32,000 nucleotides of DNA, from positions 805,349-837,348 of the forward strand of contig NZ_CP025989.1 of NCBI RefSeq assembly GCF_003072485.1, in the 5' to 3' direction. A model generated the notes under the pieces. It was given only the letters and a program-made list of their open reading frames with translations. It was not told where the DNA came from and did not search any database. Positions 14,567 to 23,149 of this stretch are shown here, piece after piece. The first letter of the stretch is position 1; the number at the start of each line of letters is the position of its first letter. The DNA comes from Candidatus Fokinia solitaria (GTDB lineage Bacteria; Pseudomonadota; Alphaproteobacteria; Rickettsiales; Midichloriaceae). The translations under genes and the position numbers were made by a program.

Positions 14567-17260
14567 ATGATAAGAAAATTTTACGAATCTTCCGTTTCAT
14601 GTTCTCTGAGTCAATCTACAGAAAAGCACTTGTTAACTGAAGAACGTTTTTTATTAGGTGGAAAAGGGCAAAAATTGTACGAAATGCATAAATTAGGCAT
14701 TAAAGTACCATATGGATTCACAATTACAACTGAAGTATATAAGAAATATGCTCAAAATTTCGCCGACATCGATTTTGAATTACCTCATACAGTAAAAACT
14801 AATCTTGTAGAGGCAGTAAATGAATTAAGTGCATTTTGTAATAAACCTTTCGCGCAATCATCTCATACTCCATTATTGCTATCAGTACGTTCAGGCGCAC
14901 CTTTTTCAATGCCTGGTATGATGGAGACAGTGCTAAATGTAGGATTAAATGATGAAACAGTAGAAAGTTATGTAAAGCAATACGGAGAATCTGTTTTTAT
15001 ATATGATACTTATAAGAGATTACTTGAAATGTATGGTAACGTTGTACTAAACATACCAAGAAATGCTTTCGAGGATTTAAATCATTCTCGTCTATCAAAA
15101 CATCCTTCTAAGATAGAAGCTTTGAAATTCATCATAGAAGATTATAAAAAATTGTATAAAACAGAAAGAGGATTTGAATTTCCACAAGATTGTTGGACGC
15201 AGTTATTTTCCTCTGTAGAGGCAGTTTTTCGCTCTTGGAATAACGATAGAGCATGCCATTATAGAAATATACATCACATACCGCATGATATCGGTACAGC
15301 GGTAAACATCCAAATGATGGTATTCGGTAATTTTAATAGCAAAAGTTATACAGGAGTAGTGTTTTCTAGAAATCCGTCTACTGGAGAAAATGCACTTTTC
15401 GGAGAATATCTAGAAAATGCACAAGGAGAAGATGTAGTATCAGGATACTATAATGCATGCCCTCTTACATCTTCATCAAAGCGCAGTAATGAACAGCTAT
15501 CTTTTGAAGAAAGAGAATCCAAGCTGTTTCAAGAATTGGAGGAGATTTGTAAGAAACTTGATTGTCATTATAATGATATGCAGGATATAGAATTTACCGT
15601 AGAAAATGGAGTACTTTGGATTTTACAAACACGTAATGGAAAACGCTCCAGTAATGCCGCAATTAAAATAGCTTCTCAAACAATAAGAAGCTGTAATTCT
15701 GACAGTACAACAATAAGCATTTTAAATAAGCTAACAGTAGAAGATCTTCAGAACGTAATGCATCCTGTAATCGATGATGAAAAACATAATTTCGAAATTC
15801 TTTCCAAAGGCCTGCCAGCTTCTCCAGGTGTTGCTTCCGGTGTTATAGCATTTTCTACAAAACAAGCGGAAGTACTAAGCAAGCATGGAAATGTTATCTT
15901 AGTCAGAAAACAAACTTCTCCTGATGATATATTAGGCATGAATGTTTCTGCTGGTATTTTAACAGCTAAAGGAGGCATGACTTCTCATGCTGCAGTTGTA
16001 GCACGTGGCATGGGTAAGCCGTGTGTATGTGCAGCTGATTTCACCATCATAGAAGAAGATAAAAAAGTGGTATTCGGCGAGCAAATATTATTCGAGGGTA
16101 GTGAGATCACAATAAACGGTACTACAGGTGATGTTATTAAAGGTGTAGTGAAAACTATCGCGCCTAAATTAGACGATGATTTTTGGTACATACTCGCACT
16201 GGCGAATAAGATCAAAACCACAGGTGTATATGCTAATGCAGAAACAGAAGACGATATTAAAACTGCAATTCACTTCGGCGCTGAAGGAATAGGATTATGC
16301 AGAACAGAACACATGTTTTTTGGCGAAGAAAGAATTCCTATCGTACAAAGCGTCATTCTCGAAAAAGATATCACTCTCAGAAAACAGCATTTGCAAAAGT
16401 TAATAGAATGCCAAAAAGATGATTTTCTTCTCATAATGAGTTTAATGAATGGTAATAAAGTGACAATCAGATTATTAGATCCACCAATACACGAATTCTT
16501 ACCTCACTCAGAAGCGGAAAAAAATGCATTTCTCGCTTATAATGCTCATAAGTATTCTGCAATAGAATTAGATGCTATAGTAGAAAATACACGTGAGAAT
16601 AATCCTATGATGGGTAATCGTGGCTGCAGACTCGGCATCACATACCCCGACATATATGTATCGCAAATCATCGCCATTTGTAGCGCAATTAAAAGCGCTG
16701 TACAGCGTAACATATTTCCTAATATTGGAATAATGGTGCCATTTGTGTTTGATGAAAAAGAATTGATGGTGATTTTTCAGATGATTCGCGCACAAATAAG
16801 TGAAATATTACACGATGTTGAACATAGCGCTTATGCAATAAAATTAGGTGCAATGATAGAGTTACCAAGAGCAGCTATTATCGCTGATAGAATAGCACGA
16901 ATATCCGATTTTATTAGTTTTGGTACTAATGATCTGACTCAAATGACATATGGTATGTCACGAGATGATTCTTCTAAATTTGAAGAATCTTATATAGAAA
17001 ATGGTGTTTTCTCAGATAGTCCATTTAATAAATTCGATATCGAAGGAGTAGGTGAATTGATGAGAATAGCAATAAAAAAGGTGCGCGTGGCAAATCCTAA
17101 TATCGTTGTAAGTGTATGCGGTGAACATTGCGCTGAAAAAGAAGCGGTGAATTTTTTCCTTGGATTAGGAGTAGACTACTTATCGTGCTCACCTCATAGA
17201 ATACCAATTACAAAGCTGCTATCGGCGCAATATTGTAGTACAAAAGAACAACATCAATAA
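14567..17260 (+). CDS. ppdK: Pyruvate, phosphate dikinase
   Basis: 897 aa. It has an ATP-grasp N-terminus (LLGGKGQKLYEM...VPYGFTITTE), the phosphohistidine swivel motif (TAKGGMTSHAAVVARGMGKPCV) and a PEP-utilizing TIM-barrel C-terminus (GIGLCRTEHMFF...FISFGTNDLTQ). Confidence 0.95.
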   Translation: MIRKFYESSVSCSLSQSTEKHLLTEERFLLGGKGQKLYEMHKLGIKVPYGFTITTEVYKKYAQNFADIDFELPHTVKTNLVEAVNELSAFCNKPFAQSSHTPLLLSVRSGAPFSMPGMMETVLNVGLNDETVESYVKQYGESVFIYDTYKRLLEMYGNVVLNIPRNAFEDLNHSRLSKHPSKIEALKFIIEDYKKLYKTERGFEFPQDCWTQLFSSVEAVFRSWNNDRACHYRNIHHIPHDIGTAVNIQMMVFGNFNSKSYTGVVFSRNPSTGENALFGEYLENAQGEDVVSGYYNACPLTSSSKRSNEQLSFEERESKLFQELEEICKKLDCHYNDMQDIEFTVENGVLWILQTRNGKRSSNAAIKIASQTIRSCNSDSTTISILNKLTVEDLQNVMHPVIDDEKHNFEILSKGLPASPGVASGVIAFSTKQAEVLSKHGNVILVRKQTSPDDILGMNVSAGILTAKGGMTSHAAVVARGMGKPCVCAADFTIIEEDKKVVFGEQILFEGSEITINGTTGDVIKGVVKTIAPKLDDDFWYILALANKIKTTGVYANAETEDDIKTAIHFGAEGIGLCRTEHMFFGEERIPIVQSVILEKDITLRKQHLQKLIECQKDDFLLIMSLMNGNKVTIRLLDPPIHEFLPHSEAEKNAFLAYNAHKYSAIELDAIVENTRENNPMMGNRGCRLGITYPDIYVSQIIAICSAIKSAVQRNIFPNIGIMVPFVFDEKELMVIFQMIRAQISEILHDVEHSAYAIKLGAMIELPRAAIIADRIARISDFISFGTNDLTQMTYGMSRDDSSKFEESYIENGVFSDSPFNKFDIEGVGELMRIAIKKVRVANPNIVVSVCGEHCAEKEAVNFFLGLGVDYLSCSPHRIPITKLLSAQYCSTKEQHQ

Positions 17261-17479
17261 ATCAGTATGCGCTAAGAGAATGTGTTAAAGCACAGTAACG
17301 TCAAAAAGAAAGCTAATATACCAGCGAAATGCATTCTTAAGCAAGTAAAACTCACAGCACTCTTGAGGTATCTTTTTCTCACCATTGGCGCTTTCTAAGT
17401 GTTTTTACTTCGTAATTACTTTATCAGATCTTTCTTTTACAAATCCTTGATGAGAAAAAAAACTGATAGATTGAGCACA

Positions 17480-19207
17480 CTATACGTTTTCTACATGCAC
17501 GACTATTTTAGGTACTTTGCCAAGTTCTTTCTTACAAAACTTCGCTACGTGCTTCGCTATTGGCCTAATCACAGATGGTACGCCATTCTTAAATGCATCT
17601 TCAACGACATCTTTCACGATTGTTACTAAAGTAGATACGATCTTTACGTCTTCTTGCACAGCCATATCAAGTAGCCCTGGTGCGAGGATATACGGTCTTC
17701 TTGCAACTCTATTATTACTATTCAAGAACAGCAGTACTACAACAAGTCCGTTCTCCATCATTACTTTTCTATCCTTGATGACTATACTATCAGATGCGAT
17801 GAGATTTTTACCATCCACTGCTAGATATCCAGACTCTACATCTCCAAGTATATGGATAAGCTCTTCTTTGTTTTTTGCCTTTGGGTTGAAAGATACTACT
17901 TGTCCGCACTTTAGTAGTACACTAGCCATTTCAGAACTTACATCTTGCACAAACTCTTTATGTAAAGACATATGAGAGATCTCACCATGCACTGGAATTA
18001 CAAGACGCGGGAAATTAAGCGTTGTATACAGCCATCTCATTTCCTCTCTCGATGGATGCCCTGATACATGTACAAAATGACTCTTTTCAGTAAAGACTGT
18101 CACTCCTTTCTCTATGAGTTGATTAATCACGCCATCTATCTTCTTCTCATTGCCAGGAATTCTTTTTGATGAGAATATTACTAAATCATCCTTAAATACG
18201 TCTAAATACGGATGAAATTTTCCTGCTATCGCGGTGATAACGGCAAATCTCTCTCCTTGGCATCCAGTGCAAAGTACTATTAATTCTTCTCTCTTATACT
18301 TCGATGCATCTTCCACAAAAATGAATGGCTCGAACTCTTTCAAGTAACCGCATTTCAAGGCAACTTCATACATCCGAATCAAAGATCTCCCTGCTAAGAC
18401 CATTTTCTTACCTAAACTCTTGGCAATCAGCGCTACAGAATACATTCTGGAAATATTAGATGCAAATGTAGGAATGAAGATAGTACCAGTTTTCCAACTA
18501 CTTATAATCTCGCGTAAGCTTTGTTGCAGATCAATTTCTGAGAATAGCGGTTGCTCATTAAAAACATTTGTAGAGTCAGAAACGACAGCAAAAATACCAT
18601 TTTTAGCCATCTTACGAATAGTCTCTTCATCAGTTTTCTCTCCTATTAGAGGAGTTTCTTCAATTCTCCAATCTCCAGTGTGACAGACGATAGTCTCTTT
18701 TTCATCAACTTTACATGAGATAAACAAGATCATCGACATAGGTATCGAATGCGTCACGTTCGCAGGCGTAATCGAAAAATCGCCAAGTGTAATTTTTTCT
18801 CCAGAATTCAGCTTTCTTACAAGATCCATTTTCGATTCTGCAATCTCTTGCTCTTTAAACTTACTTTTCAGCACGAAGCACGTGAATTCACTCGCATACA
18901 GTGGAGGAAAGCCCATATACTCCCATAAGTATTGCAACGCTCCTATATGATCTTCATGCGCATGCGTCAGTACAATGCCAACGAGATCGTCTCTGATTTT
19001 ATCTATAAAATCAGGCTTTGGCAGCATTACATCTATTCCAGGAAATTCATCCCCTGCAAAGCCGAGTCCACAATCCACCATAAGCCACTTACCATTGTAG
19101 TGGTACAAGGTACAATTCACACCTATTTCACCAACTCCTCCGATCGGTATAATAATGAACTCCTTTTTAAAAGTTCCAGCAGAAAAATCCAAATACATAT
19201 CAGACAT
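17480..19207 (-). CDS. rnj: Ribonuclease J (metallo-beta-lactamase / beta-CASP family)
   Basis: 575 aa. It shows VLTHAHEDHIGAL (the HxHxDH motif), a beta-CASP region and a C-terminal domain. Length and order are typical of RNase J. Confidence 0.85.
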   Translation of the reverse strand: MSDMYLDFSAGTFKKEFIIIPIGGVGEIGVNCTLYHYNGKWLMVDCGLGFAGDEFPGIDVMLPKPDFIDKIRDDLVGIVLTHAHEDHIGALQYLWEYMGFPPLYASEFTCFVLKSKFKEQEIAESKMDLVRKLNSGEKITLGDFSITPANVTHSIPMSMILFISCKVDEKETIVCHTGDWRIEETPLIGEKTDEETIRKMAKNGIFAVVSDSTNVFNEQPLFSEIDLQQSLREIISSWKTGTIFIPTFASNISRMYSVALIAKSLGKKMVLAGRSLIRMYEVALKCGYLKEFEPFIFVEDASKYKREELIVLCTGCQGERFAVITAIAGKFHPYLDVFKDDLVIFSSKRIPGNEKKIDGVINQLIEKGVTVFTEKSHFVHVSGHPSREEMRWLYTTLNFPRLVIPVHGEISHMSLHKEFVQDVSSEMASVLLKCGQVVSFNPKAKNKEELIHILGDVESGYLAVDGKNLIASDSIVIKDRKVMMENGLVVVLLFLNSNNRVARRPYILAPGLLDMAVQEDVKIVSTLVTIVKDVVEDAFKNGVPSVIRPIAKHVAKFCKKELGKVPKIVVHVENV

Positions 19208-19224
19208 TTACTCTTCTAAATCGC

Positions 19225-19266
19225 GCTTAAAGCAGTCAAACTGTCAAATTCATAAGTGCTTTAAGC
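19225..19266. repeat. Perfect 10-bp inverted repeat in the rnj/ispG divergent intergenic region (function unknown)
   Basis: GCTTAAAGCA (19225-19234) and TGCTTTAAGC (19257-19266) are separated by 22 nt. The spacer itself contains GTCAAA twice (gtcaaactgtcaaatt). Confidence 0.9.
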
Positions 19267-19358
19267 TATAGTATCAAGCGATACAGTACATACAATATCT
19301 TCACATAGTCAAGTAGAATTGATAAAGTCCAAAAAATTTCTGCTTTATTTTTAACAAC

Positions 19359-20588
19359 GTGAATCATAATGAATTCGTTACCGTAAAAGCCAAAACTTGC
19401 GCGGTAAAAGTAGGTAATATCGTCATAGGAGGAGATGCCAAAATTGCGATACAATCAATGACTGACACTGTTACTAGTAATATTAAAGACACTGTAGCAC
19501 AGATAAAATTGCTTATAGACTCAGGAGCAGAGATAGTGAGAATTACCGTAGATAATGACAGCGCTGCTGCCGCTGTACCAGCAATAAAAGATTCTCTTAT
19601 GCAAGAAGAGATGTATGCGAAAATTCCATTAGTAGGCTGTTTTCACTATAACGGTCATATATTACTGCATAAATTTCATGAATGCGCTGCAGCACTAGAT
19701 AAATACAGGATCAATCCTGGAAATATTGGTATAAAAGGAAAAAGAGACAAAAATTTCGAAGAAATTCTAACAATTGCGCGAAAATTTAATAAACCTATTA
19801 GAATTGGCGTTAATGGTGGAAGCTTAGAACAAGAGCTATTATCTGAACTCATTGAACAAAATACCAATAACAATCTGTCAATTGAACAAATAAAAAGAGA
19901 AGCTATCGTAAAGTCTGCACTATTCAGTGCGCAAAAAGCCATAGCGTATGGCATGCAGGAAAATCAGATTATTTTATCCGCAAAAGTCAGTAATTTGCCT
20001 GATGTCGTATGGGTATATAGACAGTTATCAAAATATTCAAAGCATCCATTGCATATAGGACTAACTGAAGCGGGAAGTGGTCTAAACGGTGCAGTAAAAA
20101 CTGCAGCTGCACTAGGTATACTATTACATCACGGTATAGGAGATACAATACGCGTTTCCACTACATCTCACGATCGAACTGAAGAAGTAAAAATCGCAAA
20201 AATGATATTACAAGCACTTGATATAAGAAGTTTCGCACCTTCTGTCACCTCATGTCCAGGATGTGGGCGTACAAGTAGCAGTGCTTTTCAGATACTAAAT
20301 TTTCAAGTGAATGAGTATATCGTTGACAGAATGGAAGAATGGAAAAGGCTCTATGGAGATGAAAAAATTAGCAAGCTAAAGATCGCAGTGATGGGCTGTA
20401 TTGTAAATGGACCAGGTGAAAGTAAATTAGCAGATATAGGTATTAGCATGCCTGGAAATAACGAAGAAGATCTTGCAGTAGTTTTTGTGAAAGGTATGAA
20501 AAAGGCTGTTTTGAGAAAAACGGAAGATTACTCAATATATCAACAATTTATCACTATTCTTGAAGATTTTGTCGCTTCTCTGCAATAG
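19359..20588 (+). CDS. ispG: 4-hydroxy-3-methylbut-2-enyl diphosphate synthase
   Basis: 409 aa with a GTG start. IAIQSMTDT, RINPGNIG, the cluster cysteines ...SCPGCGRT... and ...MGCIVNGPGE are the IspG/GcpE hallmarks. Confidence 0.9.
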   Translation: MNHNEFVTVKAKTCAVKVGNIVIGGDAKIAIQSMTDTVTSNIKDTVAQIKLLIDSGAEIVRITVDNDSAAAAVPAIKDSLMQEEMYAKIPLVGCFHYNGHILLHKFHECAAALDKYRINPGNIGIKGKRDKNFEEILTIARKFNKPIRIGVNGGSLEQELLSELIEQNTNNNLSIEQIKREAIVKSALFSAQKAIAYGMQENQIILSAKVSNLPDVVWVYRQLSKYSKHPLHIGLTEAGSGLNGAVKTAAALGILLHHGIGDTIRVSTTSHDRTEEVKIAKMILQALDIRSFAPSVTSCPGCGRTSSSAFQILNFQVNEYIVDRMEEWKRLYGDEKISKLKIAVMGCIVNGPGESKLADIGISMPGNNEEDLAVVFVKGMKKAVLRKTEDYSIYQQFITILEDFVASLQ

Positions 20589-20717
20589 AGAGTATCAAGC
20601 GAGTTTTATACTCAATATCAATACTCTTATTTGATATAAATTCTGTCTTGTAATACCACACGCCGTGAAGTATATACTAATATCGAATTAAGTGTTGTTA
20701 TCGTAATTATAACATAT

Positions 20718-21266
20718 ATGAAAAGCTACGTACCTAGGTTGTTGGATAGATATAATACGACAATCAAGTCTAACATGATGAAGAAGTATCAGTACGCTAA
20801 CGTCATGAGTATACCAAAAATAACAAAGATTGTTCTTTCTATGACTTCCAAGAAGCTTAGAGATGATCAGAAATTTATAGAAAAGGTAAAAGAAGATTTA
20901 TGGCTTATTGCAGGGCAAAGGCCATGTCAGACAAAAGCCAAGAATTCTATAGCAGGTTTTAACTTAAGAGAGGGAATGCTGTTAGGCTGCTTCGTCACCC
21001 TTAGAAGAAGTATGATGTATGACTTTTTGGACAGATTTGTTAATATCGCACTTCCTCGCGTAAGAGATTTCAAAGGAATCCTTCCAAAGCAATTCGATGG
21101 ACGTGGTAATATTTCAATGGGGGTTAAAGAGCAAATTATCTTTCCTGAGATAGATTACGATAAAGTTGAAGAAATAAGAGGTGCAAATGTTACTGTAGTT
21201 ACTACATGTAGATCTGATGAAGAAGCAAAGGATCTCTTATTGGAATTTGGCTTTCCTATAAAATAA
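20718..21266 (+). CDS. rplE: 50S ribosomal protein L5
   Basis: 182 aa, collinear with E. coli L5: ...GQRPCQTKAKNSIAGFNLREGMLLGCFVTLRR...ALPRVRDFKGILPKQFDGRGNISMGVKEQIIFPEIDYDKVEEIRG...T.RSDEEAKDLL. The frame is intact. A possible promoter, TTGTAA (20648-20653) - 17 nt - TATATA (20671-20676), lies upstream. Confidence 0.9.
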   Translation: MKSYVPRLLDRYNTTIKSNMMKKYQYANVMSIPKITKIVLSMTSKKLRDDQKFIEKVKEDLWLIAGQRPCQTKAKNSIAGFNLREGMLLGCFVTLRRSMMYDFLDRFVNIALPRVRDFKGILPKQFDGRGNISMGVKEQIIFPEIDYDKVEEIRGANVTVVTTCRSDEEAKDLLLEFGFPIK

Positions 21267-21297
21267 AGTACTTTTTCACCTTTCTTTAATTTTACTC

Positions 21298-21325
21298 TTG
21301 ACTGTTTTGTCTGTTTAAGTATAAT
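21298..21325 (+). promoter_or_regulatory. Candidate sigma70-type promoter upstream of the MidA-like gene
   Basis: TTGACT (21298-21303), a 16-nt spacer and TATAAT (21320-21325) lie 60 nt upstream of the GTG at 21386. Both hexamers are near consensus. Confidence 0.45.
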
Positions 21326-21385
21326 TCGCTTACATTTTGGATGATTTCTTCCTAGAGTTACGCATAATTCAAGATAGCCCTTCTC

Positions 21386-22522
21386 GTGTCTTTCGTATTA
21401 GCACATAACGACATCATTGCATTCGACAGTTTTATGAGTCTCTCAAACGAGTGCTACTACAGGAATGCTGTAATTGGCAGCGCAGGGGACTTCATCACAG
21501 CACCAGAAGTGAGTGATATATTCAATTTGATACTCGGCAAGGTAGCTTTGTCTCATACAATAAACAAGAAAAAAAAACTCGTTCTCCTAGAATTAGGTGG
21601 AGGCACTGGGAGGATGATGCGTGACATACTGCGCTTGCTACAAGCTTATACGAATAATGATATCACTACTATAGTCTCCGCCGTACTCATGCTGGAGCAT
21701 AGTGAAAACATGGCAGAGATACAAAAAAAGAATGTGAGTGACGTTATTCCTTCTTGTCCTATAGAATGGTTCTTTGATCTCGATGCTATCGTGGAAAGAG
21801 CACAGTTCATAGCTAAGGAAACAAACTCCACGGTAGTCATAGTCTCCAATGAATTCTTTGATGCGTTACCAGTTAAACAATTTCATGTCGGCACTGAAAT
21901 TTCTGAATTGTATGCACATCGCAAAGAAAACGAGTTAAAATTAACATATCAAGCGCCATCTGAATGCAGCATTCACATCATTGATGAATATATACGAGGA
22001 AGCGCTAAGATTCTTCAGCAAATTATTGCAGAAGATGGACATACTATTGTCGAGCTTTCTCCGATTAGAGAGAGATACATGGATAGGCTGCTGGACGCAG
22101 TAATATCTTCTGATGGTATGTTCGTTGCTGTAGATTATGGACACTTAGGATATAAGCACACGAATTCCATTAAATTTGTAAAAAATCATACACTACTTGA
22201 TGCTATTACACAGCTTGGAGAAGCTGATATATCAGCTACTGTTGATTTTTATTCTTTAACCAAGATAGCGACACGACGCGACTGCATAGCAGCTTACTGT
22301 ACACAGGCGGATTTTTTAAAAGCAAACGGCATTTATGACGTTGCAAAAGACTCCTTTCATAAATTTCTAAATTCCGATATGCATGCAAAGCATTTCGAGA
22401 AAACGTGGTTAGATACCGTTACACTGACATCTAAATTAGAAATGGGTGAGACATTTAAAGTACTCAGCGTTACCAATTCTACGATACAAAAAACAAATTT
22501 TAAGCGATATTCGTCAGAGTAA
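21386..22522 (+). CDS. MidA/NDUFAF7-like SAM-dependent methyltransferase (DUF185)
   Basis: 378 aa with a GTG start. IAFDSFMSLSNECYY...GDFITAPEVSDIFNLILG...LLELGGGTGRMMRDIL...SNEFFDALPV... follows the conserved MidA family pattern. Confidence 0.8.
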   Translation: MSFVLAHNDIIAFDSFMSLSNECYYRNAVIGSAGDFITAPEVSDIFNLILGKVALSHTINKKKKLVLLELGGGTGRMMRDILRLLQAYTNNDITTIVSAVLMLEHSENMAEIQKKNVSDVIPSCPIEWFFDLDAIVERAQFIAKETNSTVVIVSNEFFDALPVKQFHVGTEISELYAHRKENELKLTYQAPSECSIHIIDEYIRGSAKILQQIIAEDGHTIVELSPIRERYMDRLLDAVISSDGMFVAVDYGHLGYKHTNSIKFVKNHTLLDAITQLGEADISATVDFYSLTKIATRRDCIAAYCTQADFLKANGIYDVAKDSFHKFLNSDMHAKHFEKTWLDTVTLTSKLEMGETFKVLSVTNSTIQKTNFKRYSSE

Positions 22523-22544
22523 TTTTTTATATTTTTATACAATA

Positions 22545-22784
22545 ATGAAAGTACTGAAACAAATAATCCAAAAATTGGAAAGATTGGAGGAGGAGAAACG
22601 CGAACTAACAGAATTAATAAAAGAAACGTACGCGCAGTCCAGATCAATCGGATTAGAACCTAAAATTGTAAAAAAAGTGGTGGCATTGAGAAAAAAAGGA
22701 TTAGATGTTGCATCTCAAGAAAATGAAATGATAGAAAGATATATACAAGCTCTGGAAAGTGACGATACTGAGCCTGTTCTTTGA
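22545..22784 (+). CDS. gapR: GapR-like DNA-binding protein (DUF2312)
   Basis: I trimmed the start to the ATG at 22545. LKQIIQKLERLEEEKRELTELIKETYAQSRSIGLEPKIVKKVVALRKK parallels Caulobacter GapR (LKSIIDRVERLEVEKAEI..IKEVYAEAKGNGFDVKVLKKVVRIRKQ). The track extension (22446) overlaps the preceding gene. Confidence 0.8.
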   Translation: MKVLKQIIQKLERLEEEKRELTELIKETYAQSRSIGLEPKIVKKVVALRKKGLDVASQENEMIERYIQALESDDTEPVL

Positions 22785-22868
22785 TAAGGATAACGTTTGT
22801 TGTGGTGCTTTATTTATGCATGCTATATATTACTTGTTATCATATTCATCCAGTGACTGACACATCGT

Positions 22869-23141
22869 ATGTTTAGTAACTCGCGCAGCATCAATATGAA
22901 ACGTACTCTCGCATCTTTTGTGCAGAGATACAAGGATAAGTGCTCTTTCATAGTCTGCGAATTCAAAGGCGATGAGCACATTAGAAATACGTTACAGAAC
23001 TTCGGTATCATGCCGTGCAAGGAGATTGCCGCAATACGTAAGTACAGCGATAGTATTGTCCTCTCTATAGCAGAGCTTAATATTACTGTCGCAATTGGAT
23101 TACCTATCGCAGAAATGCTTGTAGTTAGGCTGAAAGTCTAA
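22869..23141 (+). CDS. feoA: Ferrous iron transport protein A
   Basis: Small SH3-like protein (...FIVCEFKGDEHIRNTLQNFGIMPCKEIAAIRKYSDSIVLSIAELNITVAIGLPIAEMLVV) ending 8 nt upstream of feoB. The ATG at 22896 (MKRTLASF) is an alternative start. Confidence 0.7.
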   Translation: MFSNSRSINMKRTLASFVQRYKDKCSFIVCEFKGDEHIRNTLQNFGIMPCKEIAAIRKYSDSIVLSIAELNITVAIGLPIAEMLVVRLKV

Positions 23142-23149
23142 GTATTTCC

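Noticed and set aside
19270-20602. The 12-nt direct repeat AGTATCAAGCGA flanks ispG (19270-19281 and 20591-20602), which could suggest target-site duplication or att-like sites around a mobile ispG.
   Set aside because: By rough expectation, tens of exact 12-mer coincidences occur by chance within 32 kb of AT-biased sequence. ispG is a core gene, and no recombinase or other mobile-element signature accompanies it.
21337-21408. Possible frameshifted N-terminus of the MidA-like gene. An upstream frame encodes LDDFFLELRIIQDSPS..., which ends in a stop overlapping the GTG-started main frame.
   Set aside because: The main frame already supplies the conserved N-terminal pattern (..IAFDSFMSLSNECYY..GDFITAPE) at the normal distance from the start, so no frameshift is needed. 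The upstream frame's similarity is only vague.
22829-22847. Fur-box-like sequence upstream of feoA (attacttgttatcatattc; 11 of 19 matches to GATAATGATAATCATTATC by my count).
   Set aside because: An 11/19 match to an AT-rich consensus is not distinguishable from background in AT-rich intergenic DNA. A similar 12/19 match occurs in the ppdK leader, where no iron regulation is expected.
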